Positions 1 through 9,294 of a stretch of DNA of 64,000 nt are shown piece by piece; within the stretch, counting starts at the first letter, position 1, and the number at the start of each line of letters is the position of its first letter. This DNA comes from Candidatus Binataceae bacterium. GTDB lineage: Bacteria; Desulfobacterota; Binatia; Binatales; Binataceae. The notes beneath the pieces were generated by a model. It saw nothing but the letters and a program-made list of their open reading frames with translations, searched no databases and was not told where the DNA came from. Location of the stretch: the NCBI GenBank assembly GCA_035295545.1, contig DATGIT010000014.1:66449-130448 (forward strand). Direction: 5' to 3'. A program made the translations under genes and the position numbers.

Positions 1-1533
1 GCGCGAGGTGAAGTTGACGATGTCCGAGAACAGGATGGCCAGGTGGCGCCGCTCGCCGCCCAGGCGTAGGCCCTGCGGATCGTCAACCACCGAGGCCACC
101 ACCTCGGGGTTCAGGTAGTGCTCGAACGCGTTGCGCAGGTAGAGCCGCGCGCGGCCCTCGGTGAAGTACAGGTAGGTCGACTGCAGCATGTAGGTCAGCA
201 ATCCGGCCGTCAGCGGCAGCACCACGCTGATCAGCACACCGTCGTCCACCAGCCGGTACTGCGCGTAAGCCGAGAAGCCCGCGATCGCCCACAGCGCCGT
301 CAGCGCCAGCCAGAGCGGCGAAAGATAGGCCGCAGCGAGGCTGATCGCGAGCACCAGCACCAGCGCCGCCGCGTCCTCTTCGGCGGTGCCTTCGACCCGC
401 GAGCGCCGGACGAAGTCGCCGTGCAGGACGTTGTCGATCGCGTTGGCATGCACTTCCACGCCCGGAAAATCGCCCGCGGTCGGCGTCACGTCGCGATCGC
501 CGAGCGCATGCGCGGTCAGACCCACCAGCACGATCTTGCCGGCGATCGCCGCGCGCGGCACGCGCCGCGCGATCAGGTCAGCAACCGACCAGGCGGGAAA
601 CGTGCCCGGCGGACCGCGAAAATTGATCAGCATCCGTCCCAGCTCGTCCACCGGAACTTCTTCATCGCCCAGCGTCAACCGGCGCACGCCTTCAGGGCCG
701 ATCACCAGCCGCAGCGGCGCATTCCCGCGATAAGCCGCGGTCAGCGCCAGGTAGAGCGGAACGCAATAGCGCCGACCGAAGCGAATCACGGCGATCTCCG
801 AGCGCAGCACGCCGTCCGAGTCGTGATCCACGTCGACGTAGCCGGTTCCGCGCGCCGCGCGGTTGAGAACTTCGATCGGCGGCAGATAGGCGCGCGCGGT
901 GATCAGGTCCGGCGGCGGCCCTGGCAGCTCGCGCACCATCCCGAACGCGAGCGGCGGCGGCGCGACCTGCTCGGTTTTGAACCCCGTGGGTACGGCGGAT
1001 TCGAGGATCGCGCGCTCGCTTGCGCGATCGAAATGCTTTTCGAATGCGTAGCCGAGAAAGGTCGAACCTTGCTGCCTGATGGCATCGGCGAAAGCCGCGT
1101 CGTTGCCGGTGCCCAGCGTTTCCTGGACGGCGGTGTCGCTGACGCCGCGCCGCTTGAGCCGCTGCGCAATCTGCTCGGCCTCGATATCGTCGCCGTCGCG
1201 CTCGCTGAACAGCACGTCATAGCCGATGGCCGCAGCCCCGTAGTCGCGCAGAGCGTCGTTGAGCCGCGCCTCGACGCTGCGCGGCCACGGCCAATGCCCC
1301 AGCTCGGCGACGCTCTTCTCGTCGATCGCGGCGATTGCGACCGCGCCCGTGAGCGGCGGCCGGCGTGTCACGTACATGCGCAAATCTGAGGCCTTCAGGT
1401 CGGCCAGATCGAAGACTGCCGGGTGCTGCTCGTTGAAGACGAACACCGCGATAACCGTGGCCAGCCCGATGAGCAGCGGACGCCACGGGTGCCGATGATA
1501 GCGGCGGGTTTTGACGCTGGTCGTGGTAGCCAT
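1..1533 (-). CDS. CHASE2 sensor domain-containing adenylate/guanylate cyclase, 3' end outside window
   Basis: Minus-strand frame with no stop from 1533 down to position 1 (not in ORF track because the stop lies outside the window). Begins MATTTSVKTRRYHRHPWRPLLIGLATVIAVF (TM helix). CHASE2-like core (LVGLTAHALGDRDVTPTAGDFPGVEVHANAIDNVL), C-terminal TM helices, then ILFSDIVNFTSR, the typical start of a class III cyclase catalytic domain, at the window edge. Confidence 0.8.
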   Translation of the reverse strand, partial: MATTTSVKTRRYHRHPWRPLLIGLATVIAVFVFNEQHPAVFDLADLKASDLRMYVTRRPPLTGAVAIAAIDEKSVAELGHWPWPRSVEARLNDALRDYGAAAIGYDVLFSERDGDDIEAEQIAQRLKRRGVSDTAVQETLGTGNDAAFADAIRQQGSTFLGYAFEKHFDRASERAILESAVPTGFKTEQVAPPPLAFGMVRELPGPPPDLITARAYLPPIEVLNRAARGTGYVDVDHDSDGVLRSEIAVIRFGRRYCVPLYLALTAAYRGNAPLRLVIGPEGVRRLTLGDEEVPVDELGRMLINFRGPPGTFPAWSVADLIARRVPRAAIAGKIVLVGLTAHALGDRDVTPTAGDFPGVEVHANAIDNVLHGDFVRRSRVEGTAEEDAAALVLVLAISLAAAYLSPLWLALTALWAIAGFSAYAQYRLVDDGVLISVVLPLTAGLLTYMLQSTYLYFTEGRARLYLRNAFEHYLNPEVVASVVDDPQGLRLGGERRHLAILFSDIVNFTSR

Positions 1534-1720
1534 GGCCGGGCGAACCGCCCAAGCTTAGCGCGCGCCGGAGGCGCGACCAACCAGGCATCCGGCCTGTCCG
1601 CATAACCGGATTGAGCCGCCGGTCATCGCGCCGCCGGCCGCTCAGCGCAGCCAGTGAATCAAAGACCGAGCGGGTTCGGGATCGCTGATCAAAAGCGAAG
1701 TCGAGAGAAGCTCGCGATGT

Positions 1721-2536
1721 TTACTGATTCGGGCTTTGCGGGTTACGCGGAGCGTGGCTGCTGCCGCCGCTGAAAGCTCCTCCCGCGCCAAGTCCGCCCA
1801 CGGCACCGCCCACCACTATGGCTCCGCCAAGGAACAGCCCCGCGGCGCTGCCGGTGCCGGCGGCGGCCGCAGCCGCTCCCGCCGCAGCCGCGGCGATTTC
1901 GCTGGGCGGGAATGGCGCCAGACCGCATACCACGAGCGTCTTGTGGCCTGCCGGTACCTGCACCGATCCACCGGCCGGGTTGGTGGTGTTTGTCACCTCG
2001 ACCGTGCCCTCATAGACCAGCACCTGCGAGAAGCGGCGGCAGTCCTTGTATTTCTGCTTGTCCTCCTCGCTCATCGTGTTCGGCGCTTGCGTCTGGGTCG
2101 AGGTGTCGTACTCGGTGCCGCGCGCCGAGGCGACCGCGTTGGGTGTATGAACTTCGAAATTGGGCTTCGGCGACGACGAGTACGAAACGAAGGATCGAAC
2201 AAGACCGCCGAACAGACTCAGCTTGGTGTTGCGCGAGCCGGCCGAGACCATCTGCTGATCGATCGCCAGCGTGCTGGACTCGTCCAGTTCGAGCTTGCTG
2301 TTATCGGTAAGGGTGATCGTGCCGCGGCTGTTGGCGGCGGTGATGATTCGGTCGCCCACATCGATGGTCATCCCGGGAGTGGCCGGCACGGTGGTCCCGG
2401 CGCGCTGCACGCGCACGTCGCCCGTTAGCGCTGCAACAGATCCGGCAGGCGTCTGCGCTCTCGCAATATTAACAAACAATAGCATCGATGAGGCAATCGA
2501 AGCTAACAGAAAGCGTAAATTGGTATAGTTATTCAT
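1721..2536 (-). CDS. FecR domain-containing secreted protein with Gly/Ala-rich C-terminus
   Basis: 271 aa. N-terminal signal peptide (LLFVNIARAQTPAG). FecR-like motif (VGDRIITAANSRGTITLTDNSKLELDESSTL). Lies directly upstream of, and co-directional with, the CHASE2 cyclase gene. Confidence 0.75.
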   Translation of the reverse strand: MNNYTNLRFLLASIASSMLLFVNIARAQTPAGSVAALTGDVRVQRAGTTVPATPGMTIDVGDRIITAANSRGTITLTDNSKLELDESSTLAIDQQMVSAGSRNTKLSLFGGLVRSFVSYSSSPKPNFEVHTPNAVASARGTEYDTSTQTQAPNTMSEEDKQKYKDCRRFSQVLVYEGTVEVTNTTNPAGGSVQVPAGHKTLVVCGLAPFPPSEIAAAAAGAAAAAAGTGSAAGLFLGGAIVVGGAVGGLGAGGAFSGGSSHAPRNPQSPNQ

Positions 2537-2667
2537 GCAAAGGCGTTTTTGAAGAGTGATGACGCCTCACATCGCGCATTTCTAGCGTTCCGTCACATCC
2601 GTGTCAATTGCCCACAATCCGAGCAGGCATCAGCATAGATGGGCGAAACCGATAATCCAAGAGCGTT

Positions 2668-3987
2668 TTAAAATAAAGTTTTGAGCGACCGTTCGAGTCC
2701 CCGCTCCAGTTCAACCAGATTGCCGCATGGATAGAGCGCATCAACCTCGCGCGCGTATTGGAAAATCGCGCTGTCGCCCGTTCCCCATCGCTCACGCGGC
2801 TCCGGAATGAGCCAGATCGCCGTACGGCAGAGCCGACGCAAATCGCGCAGCACGTCCGCGCGCGCCGGCCGCCGATTATTGCGTCCGTCTCCAAGGATCA
2901 GCATCAGGGTCGCCCGCGAGACGAATTCTGAGCGCCGTTGCCACAGGTCGCCGAGTACCCGTCCAAAATCCGAGCGCGCATAGAGATCCAGTCCCGGCTC
3001 GCTTGCGACATGTCCGTCGGCGAATTCGGCTTCTTTGAGGTGGTCCACAAAGACAAACGTGTGCACCCTGCGGAAATATCGCTGCACGCCGGCGACCAGC
3101 TCCAGCATCAGGTTCGAGCAGTAACTCACCGAGCCCGAGACGTCGGCGAGGATGAGGAGGTCGGCGTGGCGCGGACGGCGCGCGCGAAAGCGCAAATCGA
3201 CGGCGACCCCGCCGTGCTGCAACGAGGCGCGGATGGTGCGCCGGAAGTCCATCCTTCCGCGCGGGGCGGGATGGAGTCGGCGGCCTAGGCGCAGCCGGAA
3301 GCGGCGCGCGAGCGGCGCGAGCGCCTCGCGCGCGGCCTCGTACTCGAGGGCGGTGTAGGCGGCGAACGGGGTGCGGCGCGCGACGCGCGCCGCGGCCCGG
3401 CGGCGCGCGTCGCCGTCCGCGCCGTCCGCCGCCGGCAGCTCGCGTCCGCGCGCTGCGGCGCGCGGACGCGAGCTGCCGGCATCGAGGGCGCCGGCTGGAT
3501 GTTCCCGGCCAGCCGCGCCGGCCGCGCGTTCCGTCGGCCGGTCGCCGGCAGCGGCGGCGGACGCATCCGCGTCCGCCGCCGCTGCCGGCGAGCGCTGTTC
3601 GGCGGCCGGCGCATCTTTGGCAGCGCCTGCTGCCCCCGCCGGCGCCGGCGGGGGTGCGCCCTCATCGAGGGCGCGCGCCACGGCGCCGGAGGCGCCGCGG
3701 CCGCCGCCGGCGGCTGCGGCGCGGTTGCGGGAGGCGGGGCGGCCCGCGTCGCGGGCCGTCCCGCCTCCCGCGCCGAAGAAGCGCGCGAAGGTCTCGTCGA
3801 ACGCAGCACGGTCGGCTTCGTCCTTGATCAGCGCGGCGGCCAGCGCTTCGCGCACGCGCACGCGGTCTTCGAGCCCCGCCGCCGCCACCGCCCGCATCGC
3901 ATCGAGCGTCTCGGCCACCGAAACCGCGATTTGCGCATCGCGCAGCGCGACGATGAAACGGAGCAGCTCGGCGCTGAGCGCGTTCAT
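2668..3987 (-). CDS. VWA domain-containing protein (CoxE-like)
   Basis: C-terminal 390 aa are VWA/CoxE-like (ADLLILADVSGSVSYCSNLM, LILGDGRNNRRPARADVLRDL). Start moved to Met at 3987 (MNALSAELLRF); the ORF-track Met at 4128 gives an Arg/Ala-rich extension that overlaps the upstream gene. ATG at 3987 overlaps the MoxR stop (ATGA). Confidence 0.75.
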   Translation of the reverse strand: MNALSAELLRFIVALRDAQIAVSVAETLDAMRAVAAAGLEDRVRVREALAAALIKDEADRAAFDETFARFFGAGGGTARDAGRPASRNRAAAAGGGRGASGAVARALDEGAPPPAPAGAAGAAKDAPAAEQRSPAAAADADASAAAAGDRPTERAAGAAGREHPAGALDAGSSRPRAAARGRELPAADGADGDARRRAAARVARRTPFAAYTALEYEAAREALAPLARRFRLRLGRRLHPAPRGRMDFRRTIRASLQHGGVAVDLRFRARRPRHADLLILADVSGSVSYCSNLMLELVAGVQRYFRRVHTFVFVDHLKEAEFADGHVASEPGLDLYARSDFGRVLGDLWQRRSEFVSRATLMLILGDGRNNRRPARADVLRDLRRLCRTAIWLIPEPRERWGTGDSAIFQYAREVDALYPCGNLVELERGLERSLKTLF

Positions 3988-4856
3988 CGCGGGCGTGCGG
4001 CGAGCGTGCCGGCCTTGGCTTCCACGCGCGCGCGGTCGTCCTCGTGCTTGAGCAGCACGCCGAGCGCGGCGCGGATCGCGGGAGCGTCGATCTGCGTGAC
4101 GCCCAGGCGCAGAAGGGCGCGCGCCCAATCGAGGGTCTCGGCGATCGACGGCGGTTTCTTGAGCCCCAGCTTGCGCAGGGCGTTGACGAAGCGCGCGGCG
4201 TCGGCCGCGAGTTGGGCGTCGAGCTCAGGAATTTTCAACTCGATGATGCGCCGCTCCTGTTCGAGTCCGGGAAAGTCGATGAACAGATGCAGGCAGCGCC
4301 GGCGCAGCGCCTCCGACAGCTCGCGCGCGCGGTTCGAGGTCAGGACCACCGCCGGGTACTCGTGCGCGCGCAGCGTGCCCAGTTCGGGCACCGTGACCTG
4401 GAAGTCCGAGAGCAGTTCCAGCAGAAAGGCTTCGAACTCCTCGTCGGCCTTGTCGATCTCGTCAATCAGCAGCACCACGCGGCGTGGCGACAGGATCGCG
4501 CGCAGCAGCGGCCGCTCCAGCAGGTACTCGCGCGTGAACAGGTGCTCGGAGGTTTCCTCCCAGCGCATGCCCTGATGCTCGTCGGCCTGCAGACGCAAAA
4601 GCTGCTTCTGATAATTCCATTCGTAGAGCGCGCGCGCTTCGTCGAGCCCTTCGTAACATTGCAGCCGGATGAGTTCGGCGCCGAGCATCTGCGCCAGCAC
4701 CTTGGCGACTTCGGTCTTGCCCGAGCCCGCGGGCCCTTCGATTAGCAACGGTTTGTCCAGCGCGAGTGCGAGAAAAATCGCGGTCTCGACGCGCTCGTTG
4801 GTCACATAGTTTGCGCGCTGCAGACCGGCGGTAACGAATTCCGGTGTGACGTTCAT
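3984..4856 (-). CDS. MoxR-family AAA+ ATPase (CoxD-like)
   Basis: Walker A (LLIEGPAGSGKTEVAKVL) and MoxR-like N-terminus from Met at 4856 (MNVTPEFVTAGLQRANYVTNERVETAIFLAL). The ORF-track start at 4994 adds a non-protein-like 46-aa extension. Confidence 0.8.
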   Translation of the reverse strand: MNVTPEFVTAGLQRANYVTNERVETAIFLALALDKPLLIEGPAGSGKTEVAKVLAQMLGAELIRLQCYEGLDEARALYEWNYQKQLLRLQADEHQGMRWEETSEHLFTREYLLERPLLRAILSPRRVVLLIDEIDKADEEFEAFLLELLSDFQVTVPELGTLRAHEYPAVVLTSNRARELSEALRRRCLHLFIDFPGLEQERRIIELKIPELDAQLAADAARFVNALRKLGLKKPPSIAETLDWARALLRLGVTQIDAPAIRAALGVLLKHEDDRARVEAKAGTLAARPR

Positions 4857-5173
4857 CCAAGTCGTCGCTGGCGCATTCGCGCCCGAGGCGCGCGCGCGGA
4901 TACGGTCGCGGATGCGCCGTGTGGTCGAAAGAGTAGTAGAGGCCGAACGGCTCGCGCCGTTCGGCCCCAAGCCAACCGGGAAAAGGGGGGGCAAACCCCG
5001 GCCAGCTTCCTCATTGTACGCCAGTTTTAATTAGTTGCAATAGGTTCTATGATGAATAGAAGCGCAATAACCTCAATTTACGCCTTATTGCCGCAACTCT
5101 AGCCTAAACTGACCAGCTTCGCTTTTGCCAATCCTCGTGCGCCGCGACGGCCTGCCCAATCTTCATTCATGCA

Positions 5174-7519
5174 CTAATCCGCAGCCGCGGTGTGCAATTC
5201 GGCGCCCGCACCCTGGCTGTGCACAATCGCCTTGAGCAGCCGCGGCGGCGATATCGGCAATTCGGTCATGCGCACGCCGACCGCGCGGTAGATGGCGCTC
5301 GCCACCGCCGGCATCGGCGAGACAATCGACACCTCACCCACGCCGCGCACGCCGAGCGGATGACTCGGATTGGGAACCTCGACCAGGATTGTCTCGATCA
5401 TCGGCAGGTCAAGACAAGTCGGCATGCGATAATCGAGCAGGCCCGTGTTCCGCATGGTGCCGCGTTCGTCGTACACGTACTCTTCGCTGAGCGCCCATCC
5501 GATGCCCTGCGCGGTCGCGCCCTGCAGCTGTCCTTCGACGTATGACGGATGAATCGCGCGGCCGACGTCCTGGGCGACCGCGCAGCGCAGAATTTTCACC
5601 TTGCCGGTTTCCGGATCGACTTCGACGTCGACACAGGTGACGGCGAAGGCGTTGCCGACCGCGCCGACCGCGCCGGCGTTGAGCGTGGCGCGGCCGGTGA
5701 TCGGTCCGCCGGTGCGGCCGAGCCGCGGCACCAGCTCCCTGATCGTCATCGGTTTGACCCCGTTGCCGATTGCGCTCAGGCGGCCGTCGCGGAATTCGAT
5801 CTCCTCGGGTTTCTTCTCCCACAGCTTTGCCGCGCGCTCTTTCAATTGCCGGACCACGTCCTGAGCCGCTTCATACACGGCCATGCCGGTGGCGAGTGTG
5901 ATGCGGCTGCCGCCGGTCACGTCGGTGTGGCCGATGGTATCGGTGTCGACCACCATCGGCCGCACGTCCTGCGCGCCGACCCCCAGGACCTCGGCCGCGA
6001 TCATCGCCATCGCGGCGCGCGACCCGCCGATATCGACCGAGCCGGTGACGACGCTGAGCGTGCCGTCGTTGTGCAGGTTGACCGCGGCGGCGGATTGCAG
6101 GCCGCCATTGAACCAGAAGCCGGCGGCGACGCCGCGGCCGCGGTTGGGACCCTCGAGCGGCGAACGGTAATACTCGCTGTTCTTCAACGCCTCGCAGGTC
6201 TCGATGAATCCGATGCGCTTGTACGGGGGGCCGGCCGGCTGCGGCGTGCCCTCGCGCGCGCCGTTGAGGATGCGGAAATCGAGCGGGTCGATCCCGCAGC
6301 GCAGCGCAAGCTCGTCCACCAGCGACTCGCAGGCGAACGCCGAGCTCGGCGAACCCGGCGCGCGGTAGGCCGCGACCTTGGGCCGATTGACCACCACGTC
6401 GTATGAATCGATCAGCAGATGGGGAATGTCGTAGGGGGCCGAACAGCACATCGCGCCCGGGGCGAAGGGCGAGCCCGGATAGGCGCCCGCCTCGTAGGCC
6501 ATCCAGAACTGCGCGGCGGTGATTTTGCCGTCGCGCGTGGCGCCCATCCTGCCCTTGATCCAGGTGCCCGAGGTCGGGCCGGTGGCGCGCAGCACCTCGG
6601 CGCGATTCATCGTCATCTTCACCGGCCGTCCGCTCTTTTTCGCCAGCAACAGCGCCAGCGGCTCGAGGTAAATCGTGGTTTTGCCGCCGAAGCCGCCGCC
6701 GATTTCCGCCGGCACGACCTTGATGTCGCCCTCGTTCATCTTGAGCACGGTGGCAGTCAGCGTGCGCACGTTGAAGGTGCCCTGGGTCGAGCAATAAATC
6801 GTCGCGTGACCGTCGGAGCTGAAGAGCGCAACGGCGTTGTGCGGCTCGATATATCCCTGATGCACCGTGGCGGTTTTGAACTCGCGTTCGACGATATGGT
6901 CGGCCGCGCGAAAGCCGGCCGCCACGTCGCCGCGCTGGAACTGGATATGCGCCGCCACGTTGGTCGGCCGGTCGGGGCCCTCGGGCGAGCCGGGATCGGA
7001 GCGCCCGGCGATAAACTTCTGGCGAATCTCGGGCAGCAGAACCGGCGCGTCCGGCCGCATCGCCTCTTCCGCAGTCATCACCGGCGGCAACGGTTCATAG
7101 TCGACCTCGATCAGCTTGAGCGCTTCCTCGGCGACGTGCGGACTGACCGCGGCGACCGCGGCGACCGCGTGGCCGTCGTAGAGCACTTTGCCGCGCGCCA
7201 TCACGTTGAGCGACAGATAGTGCGTGTTGATCACCAGCTCGCCCATCATCGCGGTGGTGCCGGGGATATCCGGGAAATCGTCGCCGGTGATGATCGCCTT
7301 CACGCCCTCGAGCGCGGCCGCCCGCTCCGTGCGAATCGCGACGATCCGCGCGTGCGCGTGAGGGCTGCGCAGGACCTTCCCGTGGAGCATCCCTGGAAAC
7401 GAGTAATCGGCGCCGTACCTGGCCCGGCCGGTGACCTTGTCCACGCCGTCGTGACGGATCGGCCGCGTGCCGATAACGCGAAAACTGTCGTGCGAAGCGC
7501 CGTTGCTGGAATTCGCCAT
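5174..7519 (-). CDS. xanthine dehydrogenase family protein, molybdopterin-binding large subunit
   Basis: 781 aa. N-terminus RVIGTRPIRHDGVDKVTGRARYGADY is typical of aldehyde oxidase / XDH / CoxL-type large subunits. Contains AAYRAPGSP, not the form I CO-dehydrogenase VAYRCSFR signature. No 2Fe-2S or FAD subunit gene adjacent. Confidence 0.85.
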   Translation of the reverse strand: MANSSNGASHDSFRVIGTRPIRHDGVDKVTGRARYGADYSFPGMLHGKVLRSPHAHARIVAIRTERAAALEGVKAIITGDDFPDIPGTTAMMGELVINTHYLSLNVMARGKVLYDGHAVAAVAAVSPHVAEEALKLIEVDYEPLPPVMTAEEAMRPDAPVLLPEIRQKFIAGRSDPGSPEGPDRPTNVAAHIQFQRGDVAAGFRAADHIVEREFKTATVHQGYIEPHNAVALFSSDGHATIYCSTQGTFNVRTLTATVLKMNEGDIKVVPAEIGGGFGGKTTIYLEPLALLLAKKSGRPVKMTMNRAEVLRATGPTSGTWIKGRMGATRDGKITAAQFWMAYEAGAYPGSPFAPGAMCCSAPYDIPHLLIDSYDVVVNRPKVAAYRAPGSPSSAFACESLVDELALRCGIDPLDFRILNGAREGTPQPAGPPYKRIGFIETCEALKNSEYYRSPLEGPNRGRGVAAGFWFNGGLQSAAAVNLHNDGTLSVVTGSVDIGGSRAAMAMIAAEVLGVGAQDVRPMVVDTDTIGHTDVTGGSRITLATGMAVYEAAQDVVRQLKERAAKLWEKKPEEIEFRDGRLSAIGNGVKPMTIRELVPRLGRTGGPITGRATLNAGAVGAVGNAFAVTCVDVEVDPETGKVKILRCAVAQDVGRAIHPSYVEGQLQGATAQGIGWALSEEYVYDERGTMRNTGLLDYRMPTCLDLPMIETILVEVPNPSHPLGVRGVGEVSIVSPMPAVASAIYRAVGVRMTELPISPPRLLKAIVHSQGAGAELHTAAAD

Positions 7520-7617
7520 GGCTCAACCTCGTGTGTCGGGCATGTCGTCAAAGGCTATCACGAGCGGCCGCGCCGCGTCACGGGTCGGGTGCGCGACGAA
7601 GGCGCCGCGGCCGCGGG

Positions 7618-8382
7618 TCAGCGTATGGCGTAGCCGCCGTCCACCATGACGGTCGCCCCGGTCACGAAATCGGAGGCGCGCGAGGCGAGGAAGACGGCTG
7701 CGCCCGCGCATTCCTCGGGAGTGCCGAAGCGTCCGGCCGGGGTGCGCCGAATGATGTCGTCGTAAAAGGCCCGGCCCTTGATCGGCCGGGTCATTTCGCT
7801 CTCGATCCATCCGGGCACGATCGCGTTGACCTGGATATTGTGCGCGGCCAGCTCGACCGCCATCGATTTGGTGAGCTGGACGAGCCCGCCCTTGGAGGCG
7901 GCGTAGGACGGCGCGATCGGGTTGCCAAAGGTCGAATACTCGCTTGCGATATTGATGATCTTGCCGCGCCCGCGCGCCGCCATCGAGCGCGCCGCGATCT
8001 GAGCGAGCAGAAAGCATGAGCTGAGATTGGTCTCGAGCACGCGGTCCCAGCTCGCGGCGTCGGCCTTGAGCACGCCGCCGGGAATCGCGATGCCCGCGTT
8101 ATTGACCAGGATGTCGACCGGGCCGAGCTCGCGCTCGACACGCTCGAGCGCAGGGGTCAGCGCTGAGCGCTCGGTCACATCGAGCTGGATCGCGATGGCT
8201 TTTGCGCCGGTCGCGCGAAGCTCCGCAATGACGGACTCGTTGCGCGCCGCGTTGCGCGCCAGGATGGCGATGGCGGCGCCGGCCTGTGCAAGGCCGAGCG
8301 CGATACCGAGTCCGATGCCGCCGTTGCCGCCGGTGACCGCCGCGACACGACCGTCGAGGTTGAATATTTCAGGGGAGGGCAT
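7618..8382 (-). CDS. SDR family NAD(P)-dependent oxidoreductase
   Basis: 254 aa. TGGNGGIGLGIA Rossmann motif. Catalytic YAASK (YxxxK). Confidence 0.85.
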   Translation of the reverse strand: MPSPEIFNLDGRVAAVTGGNGGIGLGIALGLAQAGAAIAILARNAARNESVIAELRATGAKAIAIQLDVTERSALTPALERVERELGPVDILVNNAGIAIPGGVLKADAASWDRVLETNLSSCFLLAQIAARSMAARGRGKIINIASEYSTFGNPIAPSYAASKGGLVQLTKSMAVELAAHNIQVNAIVPGWIESEMTRPIKGRAFYDDIIRRTPAGRFGTPEECAGAAVFLASRASDFVTGATVMVDGGYAIR

Positions 8383-8613
8383 TGCTCATTTTTTCTCGAT
8401 CGCGTTCAAGATAAGCGGATGGCGAATCAAGCTATGTAAAATTTCCTTTGTTTTTACCCGGATTAGGTGAGTTCTTTCGATGATATCAAGCATTGACGTG
8501 ATGAGGGCTCATTGATCCTAACAAATTTCGCATGTCCGGGCGTCTTCGCTTCTGGCATGTGTTTTGCGCTTCACGCGCTTGGCCAAAGCACAGTCGGCAA
8601 TTACTGCATTTAG

Positions 8614-9294
8614 ATGTCTGCAACAATAACCTCGTCCGCTGGCGCGTCCGAAACAGAAACCGAAACTCTTTCACTCGAGGGAAGCACGTGCGACTCGCAC
8701 TCGTCTGCGGCCCCGCGCTATCTTTTTTATCGATACGTATGCGGTGAGGCTAAGGACGAGCGGATCGAGGCCGAGAATGGGCTGGGCCGGCTCGGGCCAC
8801 AATATCGGTGCGTCATCTGGCGGCCTCGAGGCTGGCGCATCCTGCCGCATGGGTTGCCTGGCGCGCGCCTGCGGCTGAGATTCCTGTTCCGTTGGGTGCT
8901 CGACCGCCTGCACATCTTTGCCGAACCGGGATTCGGCGCGGTGTTGATCTACGATGGCGATCGGCTGGCGCATTATTCGGGATTCACGCCGCGCTACTGG
9001 CGTTTCCCGTTTATCGCCAACGGCGATTTTCAAATCGGCGACACCTGGACCGATCCCGCATATCGCGGCAAGGGGCTCGCGTCTGCCGGGCTCGCACGAG
9101 CAGTTGCGCTGCTCACCCGGCCGCACAGGCGTTTGTGGTACGTGGTCGAGTCGATCAATGAGCCCTCGATTCGAGTGGCTGAAAAGGGCCATTTCACGCT
9201 CGCCGCTGAAGGCGGCATTCTCGAACCGTGGGGACTCGGGTTCGCCCGAGCCTATGTCATCGGCCGGATATGCGCGGATGCGGAGCGTGGATGA
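8614..9294 (+). CDS. putative GNAT-family N-acetyltransferase
   Basis: 226 aa. GNAT-like motif IGDTWTDPAYRGKGLASAGLARAV. Stop TGA abuts the ATG of the next gene (tgATGAATGtca). Start uncertain; the N-terminal approx 40 aa are low-GC and low-complexity. Confidence 0.45.
   Translation: MSATITSSAGASETETETLSLEGSTCDSHSSAAPRYLFYRYVCGEAKDERIEAENGLGRLGPQYRCVIWRPRGWRILPHGLPGARLRLRFLFRWVLDRLHIFAEPGFGAVLIYDGDRLAHYSGFTPRYWRFPFIANGDFQIGDTWTDPAYRGKGLASAGLARAVALLTRPHRRLWYVVESINEPSIRVAEKGHFTLAAEGGILEPWGLGFARAYVIGRICADAERG

Noticed and set aside
118-1389. 423-aa plus-strand ORF
   Set aside because: Arg/Gln/His-rich low-complexity translation that is antisense to a clearly protein-like CHASE2 cyclase frame on the minus strand. 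GC-rich shadow ORF.
3371-4575. Overlapping plus-strand ORFs of 226 and 358 aa
   Set aside because: Ala/Arg/Ser-rich shadow frames of the minus-strand VWA and MoxR genes.
5549-7633. Several 285-404 aa plus-strand ORFs and an internal minus-strand ORF (5871..6794)
   Set aside because: All are alternative frames inside the well-supported 781-aa XDH-family gene. Composition is dominated by R/G/A/H runs.
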